Below are positions 28,646 through 38,277 of a stretch of 64,000 nt of DNA, piece after piece. The notes beneath the pieces were generated by a model. That model saw only the letters and a program-made list of their open reading frames with translations, was not told the DNA's origin and did no database searches. The position numbers and the translations under genes are program-made. Each line of letters starts with the position of its first letter. Positions within the stretch are counted from its first letter, which is position 1. Source of the stretch: Spirochaetota bacterium (GTDB lineage Bacteria; Spirochaetota; UBA4802; UBA5550); the NCBI GenBank assembly GCA_029564515.1, contig JAKQPV010000087.1, forward strand, positions 106,849-170,848, written 5' to 3'.

Positions 28646-29923
28646 TCAGGAGGCAGAATACACGACGTTCCCGTTGCAGATCGTGTGCCGGACAGAGCCG
28701 TAAAGCTCCCTGCCGATAAAAGGGGAATTCTTGCATTTCGACATCATCGACTCTTCCGTGATTGTCACTTTTTTTTCCGGATCGATGATGGTCACATCGG
28801 CAACACACCCTTTTGTGAGCTGGCCCCGGTCGAGCTTCAGAATGCGGGCCGGGTTTATGGTTACCTTGTCGAACGCCTCGAGATAGGAAAAACCGTTTTC
28901 CCGGATAAGTATCGTGACGATGAGCGGAACCGTCGTTTCCAGGCCGACGATGCCGAAGGGAGCGTATTCCAACTCCTGCATCTTCTCGTTCATTGAGTGA
29001 GGCGCATGGTCGGAGGCTATCACGTCGATAAGCCCCCGCTTCAGGCCGTCAATTATCGCCTTGCGGTCTTCCTCCGTCCTGAGGGGCGGCTTCATTTTCG
29101 CCATGGACAGGTATTCCGCGACCGCGTCGTCGTTCAGTGAAAAATAGTGAGGCGCCGTTTCGCAGGTCACCTTGATGCCGTCGCTTTTGGCCCTGCGGAT
29201 GATCTCAACGGAACCGCCGGAGGAGACGTGTGCCACGTGCAGGCGGCCGCCGGCGAGCCGTGTCAGGATGACGTCCCGGGCGATCATGACCTCCTCCGAT
29301 TCGCGGGGGATCCCCTTGAGTCCCAGGAGCGTGGAGTTTTTTCCTTCGTTTATGATACCCTCGTCAGTCAGGTCCAGGTCTTCAGAATGAGTTATGATCG
29401 GCACATCGAACATGCGGGAATACTCCAAGGCGCGCCTCATGAGGTTTGAGCTCATGACCGGCATGCCGTCGTCGGAAAATCCGACGGCGCCGGCGTTGAT
29501 GAGCTCGCCCATCTCGGATATCTCCTCGCCCTTCAGTCCCTTCGTAATGGTAGCGACGGGATACACGTTGATGGGCCCCTTCTCGGCCTCGAGCTTGATA
29601 AACCGCACCAGTGCCTGGTTGTCGATGACGGGATCGGTGTTCGGCATGGTACAGACCGAGGTGAACCCGCCCTTCGCCGCGACCTTTGACCCTCCGTAGA
29701 TCGTCTCGACATCCTCGCGGCCCGGTTCGCGGAAGTGGACGTGCATGTCTATGAGTCCCGGAAGCACCAGGCACCCGGAGGCATCGATTACGCCGTAGTC
29801 GTCCTTTACCCTGATTTTTTTCCCGATGTCCGCAATCGTGTCGTTCTCGATAAGCAGGTCATACGGTTCGTCAGTCTTTGACGCGGGATCTATCAGCCTG
29901 CCGTTTTTAATTACTATTTTCAA
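28646..29923 (-). CDS. pyrC: Dihydroorotase
   Basis: DMHVHFREPG and the other cyclic amidohydrolase motifs are present. Confidence 0.9.
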   Translation of the reverse strand: MKIVIKNGRLIDPASKTDEPYDLLIENDTIADIGKKIRVKDDYGVIDASGCLVLPGLIDMHVHFREPGREDVETIYGGSKVAAKGGFTSVCTMPNTDPVIDNQALVRFIKLEAEKGPINVYPVATITKGLKGEEISEMGELINAGAVGFSDDGMPVMSSNLMRRALEYSRMFDVPIITHSEDLDLTDEGIINEGKNSTLLGLKGIPRESEEVMIARDVILTRLAGGRLHVAHVSSGGSVEIIRRAKSDGIKVTCETAPHYFSLNDDAVAEYLSMAKMKPPLRTEEDRKAIIDGLKRGLIDVIASDHAPHSMNEKMQELEYAPFGIVGLETTVPLIVTILIRENGFSYLEAFDKVTINPARILKLDRGQLTKGCVADVTIIDPEKKVTITEESMMSKCKNSPFIGRELYGSVRHTICNGNVVYSAS

Positions 29924-30878
29924 TGCCGCCTCGTTCCTCGTTCATTTCCTCAAGCGGAGCGCCGCCTGCCAGGAGGTAGAAGAGCGCCATGCGCACCGCG
30001 ACCCCGTTGGTCACCTGCTCGTTTATTATCGTCCGGGAGCTCTCAACCACGGAGTTGTCTATCTCGATGCCCCGATTGACCGGGCCCGGGTGCATCACGA
30101 TAATGTTTTCCCTGCAGCGGCGGAACCGCTCCTCGGTCAGAGCGAATTGCCGGTGATATTCCCTGAGGGACGGGAAGAGCGAGCCCTTCTGTCGCTCCTT
30201 CTGAATCCGCAACAGATTTATAACATCCAGTTCCGGCAGGATATCGTCGAGGTTGTAGGAAATGTCAACGCCGTATAGGTGAAAGACGTCCGGTACCAGA
30301 GTGGGCGGTCCGCAGAGGGTCACCCTGGCTCCGAGCTTCTTGAAGGCTTCGATGTCGGAGCGGGCCACCCGCGAATGTTTGATATCACCGATGATGCCGA
30401 TATGGAGCCCCTCGAGGCTTCCCCGTTTTTCCATTATGGAATAGGTGTCCAGGAGCGCCTGGGTCGGGTGTGCGTGGAACCCGTCTCCCGCGTTGATGAC
30501 CGACGCCTTGATGTTACGAGATAAAAAATGCGGCGCCATCGACGCCGCATGTCTCATTACGATATAATCAACCTTCATGGCCTCTAAGGTATGGACCGTA
30601 TCGATCAGGGACTCTCCCTTGACCACGCTGGACGTGGACACGGAAAAATTGATCAGGTCGGACGAGAGGCGCTTGGCGGCAAGCTCAAAGCTCAGCCGTG
30701 TACGTGTGGACGGTTCGTAAAAAAGGGTGCACACGGTCTTTCCCCGTAATATGGGAACGCTCTTTACTGAGCGGGTAAAAATATCTTTGAAATACTTGGC
30801 TGATCTGCAGATGAGAAGAATCTCCTCCACAGATAACGACTGGATATCAAGGAGATCTTTTCTTTTGAGGGAACTCAT
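29907..30878 (-). CDS. pyrB: Aspartate carbamoyltransferase catalytic subunit
   Basis: STRTR and HPTQ motifs are present. The start is set at the ATG of MSSLKRK. The listed 30893 start is a TTG extension. Confidence 0.88.
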   Translation of the reverse strand: MSSLKRKDLLDIQSLSVEEILLICRSAKYFKDIFTRSVKSVPILRGKTVCTLFYEPSTRTRLSFELAAKRLSSDLINFSVSTSSVVKGESLIDTVHTLEAMKVDYIVMRHAASMAPHFLSRNIKASVINAGDGFHAHPTQALLDTYSIMEKRGSLEGLHIGIIGDIKHSRVARSDIEAFKKLGARVTLCGPPTLVPDVFHLYGVDISYNLDDILPELDVINLLRIQKERQKGSLFPSLREYHRQFALTEERFRRCRENIIVMHPGPVNRGIEIDNSVVESSRTIINEQVTNGVAVRMALFYLLAGGAPLEEMNEERGGIENSN

Positions 30879-31097
30879 ATTAGAATATAACAATTGTGAC
30901 TCATGCCAAAATTGTCAAACTAATTATGCTGGACCCGGAAATTATTTTTTCGACCAAGCGGATTCCGTCATTAATGGGGAAAATACAAGCAAACGGCTCA
31001 TTCAAAATGCGATATGCAAGGGCTTCTCACAGTCCGTAAGCCATTCGACTCCTTTCATGATGCAGAAAATCCCGATCGGCATGATCATGGGACAGCC

Positions 31098-31748
31098 TCA
31101 GAGCTTACCCGGGTCGACCCTGACAGCGGTCCCGATCTCAATAAGCGAGTACCTGCCCTTTTTAAACGATCCCGAATTGACGACCACGCAGCCCGAGGCG
31201 TTCTCGGATCCGAACGCCTCATGGATATGGCCGGTCAGGCACAGGTCGACAGGCTTTTTTTCAATGAATTCCTTCACCGCCCTGCTGCCGCCGCGGAGAC
31301 CCAGGAAGGTCCTGTCGCGTACCCGGCGGGGCGGTACGTGGGAAACAAGCACGACCCTGCCGGCACCGGCGACATCACGGTATCCCGACTCAAGGAAACC
31401 GGTAATCTCTTCCTCGCTGTATTCGCTTGCGGTGTTCATCGGCGTCTGGCTGGAGCCTCCGACGCCGAAAAATCCGATTCCGTTCCTGACGATTCCCCTG
31501 CCGTGGACGGAATACCCCCGCTCTTCGAGCAGCCTCAGCACTTCGTCCCTGTCCCAGTTCCCGTGAACGGCCACGATGGCATCGGTGATCCCCTCGACCA
31601 GGGAAAGCGCCTCACGCGCCGAGCGCACGTCACCATGTTTTGCAATATCTCCGGATATGACGACCAGGTCTGCCTCCCGGATCAGGCCGGCCGCAGCATC
31701 AAAATATTTCATCTCGCCATGAATGTCGCTTATGGCAAATATTTTCAT
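31098..31748 (-). CDS. Metallophosphoesterase (calcineurin-like)
   Basis: MKIFAISDIHGE and GDIAKHGD motifs are present. I moved the start to the ATG 4 nt after a GAGGGAGA RBS. The overlapping plus-strand ORF 31014..31799 is rejected. Confidence 0.75.
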   Translation of the reverse strand: MKIFAISDIHGEMKYFDAAAGLIREADLVVISGDIAKHGDVRSAREALSLVEGITDAIVAVHGNWDRDEVLRLLEERGYSVHGRGIVRNGIGFFGVGGSSQTPMNTASEYSEEEITGFLESGYRDVAGAGRVVLVSHVPPRRVRDRTFLGLRGGSRAVKEFIEKKPVDLCLTGHIHEAFGSENASGCVVVNSGSFKKGRYSLIEIGTAVRVDPGKL

Positions 31749-31872
31749 ACTATCTCCCTCGCCCATACTCGCGTAAATCAGGAAAATTTCAACCATTAAT
31801 TCCGGCATTTTATTCTTGCAATTATGGACCCACGATCTATACCGAGACGCACTATAATTCCCCGGGGGCGCG

Positions 31873-32673
31873 ATGTACATCGACTCTCACGCACATTTTG
31901 ACCTGGCCCTGGAAGAAACGTCCGTCTCCGAATCCTCGCTGATCGACGCGATGAAGGACCAGTCCATTGAGCGGGCGGTACAGGTCGGCATCGATATGGC
32001 AAGCTCGCACTGGTCCCATGATTTCGCCAGGCGAAATGCGGGTGCGGGCATATACTTCACCGCGGGTATTCATCCCTCATCTACGGCCGGCGACCCCGAG
32101 CTCGCCGAGCTGGCCGACCTCGTCGAATCGGTCCGCTCCGGGGGCAGCGCTCCGCTCCTTTTCGGGATCGGGGAATGCGGCCTCGATTTCTACCGCAAGC
32201 GCATGCCCCGCGAGATGCAGATCCGTTCGTTCAGGTTCCAGATCGAGCTCGCGCGGCTGCACAGGCTCCCGATCATCGTCCATTCCCGCGATGCCATGGA
32301 AGAGACACTCGGCATCCTCGGCGAATACGGACCGTCCGCGGGTATCATGCACTGCTTTTCCGGCGACGCCGCTGCGGCGCGTCGTGTACTCGATCTCGGC
32401 TTCCATGTATCCTTCGCCGGAAACGTCACGTACCGCACGGCGAATATGCTCCAGGAAGCGGCCTCGTATGTTCCCCTGGACCGGCTCCTCATCGAAACCG
32501 ACGCACCCTTTCTCACACCGGTCCCCCTGCGGGGCAGGAAAAACCGCCCGGACTACGTAATTCATACATATCGGTTTATCGCCGGGCTCAGGAGCGAACC
32601 GCTTCCGCGCATCATCGAAGCGGTCCATGAAAATTTTATGGGGATGGTGAGCCATGAAGTCAAAACAGTTTAA
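31873..32673 (+). CDS. tatD: TatD family hydrolase
   Basis: MYIDSHAHFD matches the TatD DNase family signature. Confidence 0.85.
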   Translation: MYIDSHAHFDLALEETSVSESSLIDAMKDQSIERAVQVGIDMASSHWSHDFARRNAGAGIYFTAGIHPSSTAGDPELAELADLVESVRSGGSAPLLFGIGECGLDFYRKRMPREMQIRSFRFQIELARLHRLPIIVHSRDAMEETLGILGEYGPSAGIMHCFSGDAAAARRVLDLGFHVSFAGNVTYRTANMLQEAASYVPLDRLLIETDAPFLTPVPLRGRKNRPDYVIHTYRFIAGLRSEPLPRIIEAVHENFMGMVSHEVKTV

Positions 32674-34312
32674 ATCTGACTTTCTGGTGATAGGCAGCGG
32701 CATCGCCGGCCTCACCTTTGCCATCAAGGCCTCCCGATACGGCACGGTGAATATCGCGACCAAGAAGCAGGACTTCGACTCCAACACGAATTACGCCCAG
32801 GGCGGCATCGCCTCAGTTCTCGCTCCGGATGATTCCTTTGACAGGCATATAGAGGACACGCTCAAGGCTGGAGCCGGTCTCGGCAACCGCACGGCGGTGG
32901 AGATACTCGTCCGCGAGGGACCGGGACGGATCAGGGAACTCATGGAATGGGGCGCCCAGTTTTCCGAGCGCGAGGGGAGCGGGGGAACGGTTCTTGACCT
33001 CGGGCGCGAGGGCGGCCATTCGATGAACCGCATCGTGCATGCGCGTGACCTGACCGGCAAGGAGGTCGAACGCGCCCTTCTCAAGAAGGTATCTGAAATC
33101 AAAAACATACGCCTGTTTGAAAACCATACGGCCGTCGACCTGCTCACGGAGCACCAGCTCGGGCCAAAAGCCAAAAGGCGGGGAACAATCCATTGCTACG
33201 GAGCCTATATTCTCGACAACACCAGCGGCGTGGTAAACACCTTTAACGCGAAGATGATCCTGCTGGCCACCGGCGGTGTCGGCCAGGTCTATCTCCACAC
33301 CACCAACCCCGAGATCGCCACCGGCGACGGCATCGCCATGGCCTACCGCGCCGGCGCGCTCATCGGGGACATGGAGTTTATCCAGTTCCACCCCACGGCC
33401 CTCTATACACCGAAAGGCACCGGCCCCTCTTTTCTCATCAGCGAGGCGGTGCGTGGCGAGGGCGCCCTATTGCTCAATACGCGCGGCGAGCGGTTCATGG
33501 AGCGCGTCCACCCGCTAAAGGACCTGGCGCCGCGGGACATCGTTGCCCGCGTGATCGACATGGAGCTCAAGAAATACGGCGTCCCCAACGTGTATCTCGA
33601 TATAACATCCAAGAGTAAAAAATTCCTCATGCGGCGGTTCCCCAACATCTATGCCCGCTGCCTGCAGGAAGGCATCGATATTTCAAAGGACCCGATTCCC
33701 GTCGTTCCCGCGGCTCACTACCTATGCGGAGGAGTAATCAGCGACACGAACGGCAAAACATCGATCGAGAACCTCTACGTCTCGGGCGAATCGTCCTGCA
33801 CCGGCGTGCATGGAGCAAACCGCCTCGCAAGCAACTCCCTGCTTGAGGGTATCGTATTTTCCCACCGCGCCTTTTTGCAGGCCGAGGAACACCTCCGCTC
33901 GTTAAACCGGAAACCCGCCATCCAGCGCTTTCCCAACTGGAACAAGGAGGGGACCTTCGACCTCGAGGAATGGGTGCTGGTCCAGCACGACATCGAGGAC
34001 GTGAAGCGGCTCATGTGGGACTACGTGGGCATTGTGCGGTCGGACAAGCGTTTACAGAAGGCGCACAAGAGGATACTCATGCTCGCCGAGGACATCCACG
34101 ATTACTACAAGAAAAGCACCATCTCTTCCCGAATCGTCGAGCTCCGCAACCTGGCCACGGTCGCCAAGCTCATTATCAGGAGCGCCATGGCCCGCAGAGA
34201 CAGCATCGGGCTCCATTATAACTCCGATCATCCCCGCACGGGCGCCCGGAAAATGAATGTTGTGCTGCAAGCCGCGCATGAGCCGAAGCTCGTCAGGCTG
34301 GGCCGCGACTGA
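32654..34312 (+). CDS. nadB: L-aspartate oxidase
   Basis: An FAD-binding GSGIAGL motif, the succinate dehydrogenase/fumarate reductase flavoprotein fold, and a C-terminal helical domain. Confidence 0.9.
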   Translation: MKSKQFKSDFLVIGSGIAGLTFAIKASRYGTVNIATKKQDFDSNTNYAQGGIASVLAPDDSFDRHIEDTLKAGAGLGNRTAVEILVREGPGRIRELMEWGAQFSEREGSGGTVLDLGREGGHSMNRIVHARDLTGKEVERALLKKVSEIKNIRLFENHTAVDLLTEHQLGPKAKRRGTIHCYGAYILDNTSGVVNTFNAKMILLATGGVGQVYLHTTNPEIATGDGIAMAYRAGALIGDMEFIQFHPTALYTPKGTGPSFLISEAVRGEGALLLNTRGERFMERVHPLKDLAPRDIVARVIDMELKKYGVPNVYLDITSKSKKFLMRRFPNIYARCLQEGIDISKDPIPVVPAAHYLCGGVISDTNGKTSIENLYVSGESSCTGVHGANRLASNSLLEGIVFSHRAFLQAEEHLRSLNRKPAIQRFPNWNKEGTFDLEEWVLVQHDIEDVKRLMWDYVGIVRSDKRLQKAHKRILMLAEDIHDYYKKSTISSRIVELRNLATVAKLIIRSAMARRDSIGLHYNSDHPRTGARKMNVVLQAAHEPKLVRLGRD

Positions 34313-34759
34313 ATGAAACGTTTCGTCGAGATCAGAAAGATCCGCCCGGACGATCTCCACGACGTTTTCGTCCTCGGCCTTGAGTTCTTTCCAGGACAGG
34401 ACGGCAGGAGCCCGATTCTTTCCTGGAACGAGACAAACCTTGCAGCGGTCCTGGCGGACGATTTATCCCTGTCCCTGGTCGCTGCGAGGAAAAACTCGAT
34501 CGAGGGCTTCCTGATCGCACGGATTGACAACCCCGGACGGGCCGGGATCCTCTGGATCGCAGCACGCGGTCCGGAAGCCGTCCGGATCAGAAATGACCTC
34601 TGCCAGGCCTTTATTGATGGCCTGCCGGAAACCATCACCCGTATCCGGGTCGCAGTGCCGGAATCAAATCCTGAAATGATGGACTTTTTTGGAAAATTTG
34701 GCTTTACTGATTCAGAACATGTTGTAATTATGGAGAACTTTTTCCGAAAAAATACGTAA
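34313..34759 (+). CDS. GNAT family N-acetyltransferase
   Basis: 148 aa with a GNAT-like core. It starts immediately after the nadB stop. Confidence 0.55.
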   Translation: MKRFVEIRKIRPDDLHDVFVLGLEFFPGQDGRSPILSWNETNLAAVLADDLSLSLVAARKNSIEGFLIARIDNPGRAGILWIAARGPEAVRIRNDLCQAFIDGLPETITRIRVAVPESNPEMMDFFGKFGFTDSEHVVIMENFFRKNT

Positions 34760-34823
34760 GCGTTCTGCCGGGAGCCGGCTTTTGCATCCGGCAGGGCATA
34801 CGAATTGAACCGAGGGCATAAGA

Positions 34824-36011
34824 GTGAAGCTGTCACTTGTTCAGGACAATGACCCCAGGGGGCTGGTTTCAAAAACCGGGACCATCATACCCCCGTCCGG
34901 GATCAGGGAATTTTTCGATATTGTCTATTCCACGCCGGACTGTATCTCCCTCGGCGTGGGCGAACCCGATTTCACAACGCCCTGGCGCATCTCGGACAGC
35001 GGCATCTTCGCCATCAAGGACGGGAACACCCACTACACGCCCAACCGGGGCCTCCCGGAGCTCCGCGATCTCATAGCGGCCAGCATGGCCTCGGAATACA
35101 GGATCGAGTGCAATCCCGATACCGAGCTTATCATCACGCTGGGAGTGAGCCAGGGACTTGACCTGGCGCTGCGCGGCATCCTCAACCCGGGCGACGAGGT
35201 CATCGTGATCGAGCCTTGCTACGTGTCCTATGCCGCGAACGTCACGCTCCTGCACGGCGTGCCCGTTATCGTGCCTACCTACAGCAAGGATGGGTTCACA
35301 ATCGACATCGATCTCCTGAAAAAATCGATAACGAAAAAGACGAAGGCGCTTCTGCTAAACTACCCTGCCAACCCCACCGGCGCCACCATCGGCAGGGAGA
35401 CGCTGGAACAGATAGCAGACCTGGCGCTCCGGCATAATTTCATCGTGCTGAGCGACGAGATTTACTGCACCCTGATTTACGGGCGCGAGCACTTTTCCAT
35501 TGCATCAATTCCCGAGATGAAGCAGCGTGTACTATACCTGAACGGATTTTCGAAATCGCACGCCATGACCGGGTGGCGTCTCGGCTACGTCGCGGGTCCG
35601 GCGTACATACTCGACATCATGATGAAGATCCACCAGTACACCGCTCTCTGTGCGCCATCCATGGCCCAATACGCGGCCATCGAGGCCATCAAGAAAGGAC
35701 GCAAGGACGTTCAGCTGATGAAGTCCGAGTATCTCAAGCGGAGGAATTTCATTACCGGCCGGCTCAATGAGATCGGCCTGGCCTGTCATGTCCCTGAAGG
35801 GGCGTTTTACGTTTTTCCCGACGTTTCAGGGACCGGCCTGGAGAGCAGGGATTTCGCCCTCCAGCTTCTGAAAAAGGAAAAGGTCGCCGTGGTGCCCGGC
35901 GGGGTGTTCGGCGAATGCGGGAAGAATCACGTTCGCTGTTCCTACGCCACGTCCATGGAAAATATCCGCGAATCCATGCTCCGGATCGAGAGATTCGTTA
36001 AGCAGCTGTAA
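34824..36011 (+). CDS. Pyridoxal-phosphate-dependent aminotransferase (class I, AspC-like)
   Basis: The NGFSKSHAMTGWRLGY lysine motif and the PLP fold are present. Confidence 0.85.
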   Translation: MKLSLVQDNDPRGLVSKTGTIIPPSGIREFFDIVYSTPDCISLGVGEPDFTTPWRISDSGIFAIKDGNTHYTPNRGLPELRDLIAASMASEYRIECNPDTELIITLGVSQGLDLALRGILNPGDEVIVIEPCYVSYAANVTLLHGVPVIVPTYSKDGFTIDIDLLKKSITKKTKALLLNYPANPTGATIGRETLEQIADLALRHNFIVLSDEIYCTLIYGREHFSIASIPEMKQRVLYLNGFSKSHAMTGWRLGYVAGPAYILDIMMKIHQYTALCAPSMAQYAAIEAIKKGRKDVQLMKSEYLKRRNFITGRLNEIGLACHVPEGAFYVFPDVSGTGLESRDFALQLLKKEKVAVVPGGVFGECGKNHVRCSYATSMENIRESMLRIERFVKQL

Positions 36012-36020
36012 CGCCTCGCC

Positions 36021-36521
36021 ATGTTTCTTATTGACGGATTCAACCTGATCTATAAATTCCCCGACCTGGAAGAAAAAATGCTGCGTGGGCAGCTCGATGA
36101 CGCCCGCGCCGGCCTGCTTGATCGCCTGAAAGAATACCAGAGAATAAAAAAAGCCCGGATCCGCGTCGTGTTCGACGGGAAGAAGGGAGTTGCAGGTGAA
36201 GTCCGCTCGGAAACGGTCGGCTCAATCGACGTGTACTATTCCCTTGATTACTCCGCCGACTTTTTAATAAAGCAGTTTATAAAGAAGGATCTCAATCCCC
36301 GGAGCGCTACCGTGGTGACGTCAGACAAGGACATACTGTTCTACGTGAACCGGTTCAGCGCACGGACCATGACGAGCGAGAAGTTCGCCGAGCACGTGAC
36401 CCGGACCATCATTGAGGAAGCTGAGTCCCGGGACCTGCCCGAAAAGGAGCATGATCCCGTTGTTTCTGATGAAGAGATATCGTTCTGGGAGCGCCTGTTT
36501 AACAAAAAGCGCCCGCGCTGA
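36021..36521 (+). CDS. NYN domain protein (YacP-like)
   Basis: MFLIDGFNLIY... matches the YacP/NYN ribonuclease-like family. Confidence 0.65.
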   Translation: MFLIDGFNLIYKFPDLEEKMLRGQLDDARAGLLDRLKEYQRIKKARIRVVFDGKKGVAGEVRSETVGSIDVYYSLDYSADFLIKQFIKKDLNPRSATVVTSDKDILFYVNRFSARTMTSEKFAEHVTRTIIEEAESRDLPEKEHDPVVSDEEISFWERLFNKKRPR

Positions 36522-36527
36522 TGCCCG

Positions 36528-37424
36528 TTACCGCGCCAGAGTCCGGTCAAAGAAGCCAAGGACGTCCGGCACCAGGTTCCCCCAGTAACGCCAGTCATGG
36601 CCTGCCCCTTTGCTTTTTACTTCTTCGACAATCAGCTCGTATCCGCCTTTCGATTCATGCCGCTCTTTCAGCCGGTCTGCCAGCAAGCGCGTCTGGGGCG
36701 GTGGCACAATGGCGTCGTTGGTGCCATGCCCGAGAAAAACCGGTGTATTTTTCAGGCTGGCAGAAAGCTCCAGAATATTGACCTCCTTTTCCCAGCGCTC
36801 CTGGTTCAGTCCATAGGGACCGTAGACAGACACGAGGAGCCGATCGTTCCATAGCGAGGCTGAATCATAATCGCCGGAAAGGCCGGCAGCGGCACCGAAG
36901 AGCTTCGGGTACTGTGAAGCCAGCAGCAACGCGCCTCGCGCGCCGGTTGAGACGCCGAAAATCCCGGTCCCGGACCGTTCCCCGGCAAGACCGAACTGCT
37001 CCCGCACGAAGGGGAGGAGCACGCGCACGATGTACTCTCCGCCCGGGACCGGCGCCCACCGGTTTTTCGTCTCCGAATAGTATTTCGATTCATAGAGCGT
37101 CGTGCCCATGGCCGGGCAGACCAGAACAAAACCATACCGGTCGGCATAGTCCGTTATGGGCGTGCCGTTCTCCCAGTCGCCGGGCTGTTGGCGGTACCCG
37201 TGCAGCACGATAAGGGTCCGGGCCCTGGAGCCGGCCTCGTATTTTTTCGGGAAATAGATCTGCACCATCCCGTAGCCTGCGCACCCCTCGGCCCGGTACT
37301 CGACCTTCACGTTACGGAGCCATTTCCCGGGCGTTATTTCCGTCCGCAGAGCGGCGCCGGGTCCTGACGCGTAGCAGGTCAGGGAGAGGGCGGCTGACAG
37401 CACAAGACACGAAAATAACCGCAT
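36528..37424 (-). CDS. Secreted alpha/beta-hydrolase esterase
   Basis: Has a signal peptide and a GxSxG nucleophile elbow (FGVSTGARG). Confidence 0.7.
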   Translation of the reverse strand: MRLFSCLVLSAALSLTCYASGPGAALRTEITPGKWLRNVKVEYRAEGCAGYGMVQIYFPKKYEAGSRARTLIVLHGYRQQPGDWENGTPITDYADRYGFVLVCPAMGTTLYESKYYSETKNRWAPVPGGEYIVRVLLPFVREQFGLAGERSGTGIFGVSTGARGALLLASQYPKLFGAAAGLSGDYDSASLWNDRLLVSVYGPYGLNQERWEKEVNILELSASLKNTPVFLGHGTNDAIVPPPQTRLLADRLKERHESKGGYELIVEEVKSKGAGHDWRYWGNLVPDVLGFFDRTLAR

Positions 37425-37511
37425 GATACACCTCGCAAAAACTGGCGCTGGAACGACGGGTTGAAGGATACCTACCCGTTTGATTATTTCAAGAATAATT
37501 TGTCCCTCAGG

Positions 37512-38219
37512 TCAGAGGTACCCGCCCTCCTTGAAGCTGAAATACGAGGCATTGGTTATGATCACATGGTCGAGCACCGGTATCCCGACTATTTTTCCCG
37601 CTTCTACGAGCCTCCGGGTTGTGGCGATATCTTCTCGCGAGGGCGAGAGTTCCCCGGTCGGATGATTGTGTGCAATGATGACTGCGGCGCCGCTCTCGCG
37701 TATCGCGTCGCGGAAAACCTCGCGGGGATGCACGATCGCCTCTGACACGGTCCCTACGGAAATCGTCGTGTTCTTCAGCAGGCTGTTCTTGTTATTGAGG
37801 ATGAGGACCCGGAACTCTTCCTGGCGGAGACCCGCCATGCGCGGGAGCAGGAGGTCCCATACCGCCCCGGGAGAATCCATGTGGCTGGTGTCGGCCGCGC
37901 GCGTAATAACGCGCCTGCCAATCTCGAACGCCGAGTGTATCCGCACCGCCTTGGCCGGTCCGATGCCGCGCGTGCCGGCAATCTCCCGTATGCCCGCACC
38001 GGCAAGACCGCGCAAACCACCGAACCGCTTCAGCATATCCTGGGACAGGTCGATCACGTCATGGTCCTTGATCCCGGTCCCCACGATCACGGCAAGGAGC
38101 TCCTGGTCTGAAAGCTCACGGATATCGTCTCCCGCCAGGCATTTCTGAACCGGGAACAGATAGTTCCCGGAAACGGTCAACTCTACCATCGATCCTCCTG
38201 TGCCGGCGCAGCAAACCAT
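37512..38219 (-). CDS. radC: RadC-family JAB/MPN domain protein
   Basis: The motif HNHPTGELSPSREDIATTRRL and an N-terminal helix-hairpin-helix. Confidence 0.8.
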   Translation of the reverse strand: MVCCAGTGGSMVELTVSGNYLFPVQKCLAGDDIRELSDQELLAVIVGTGIKDHDVIDLSQDMLKRFGGLRGLAGAGIREIAGTRGIGPAKAVRIHSAFEIGRRVITRAADTSHMDSPGAVWDLLLPRMAGLRQEEFRVLILNNKNSLLKNTTISVGTVSEAIVHPREVFRDAIRESGAAVIIAHNHPTGELSPSREDIATTRRLVEAGKIVGIPVLDHVIITNASYFSFKEGGYL

Positions 38220-38277
38220 CCCTGCACCGTCCGATACCGGTATATACGATTAGCGTTTCCAAAAATAAAAAAATTGT

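Noticed and set aside
31014-31799. 261-aa plus-strand ORF
   Set aside because: The minus-strand partner carries the metallophosphoesterase signature (SDIHGE, GD..HGD) and a strong RBS.
32077-32787. 236-aa minus-strand ORF
   Set aside because: It is antisense to tatD and nadB.
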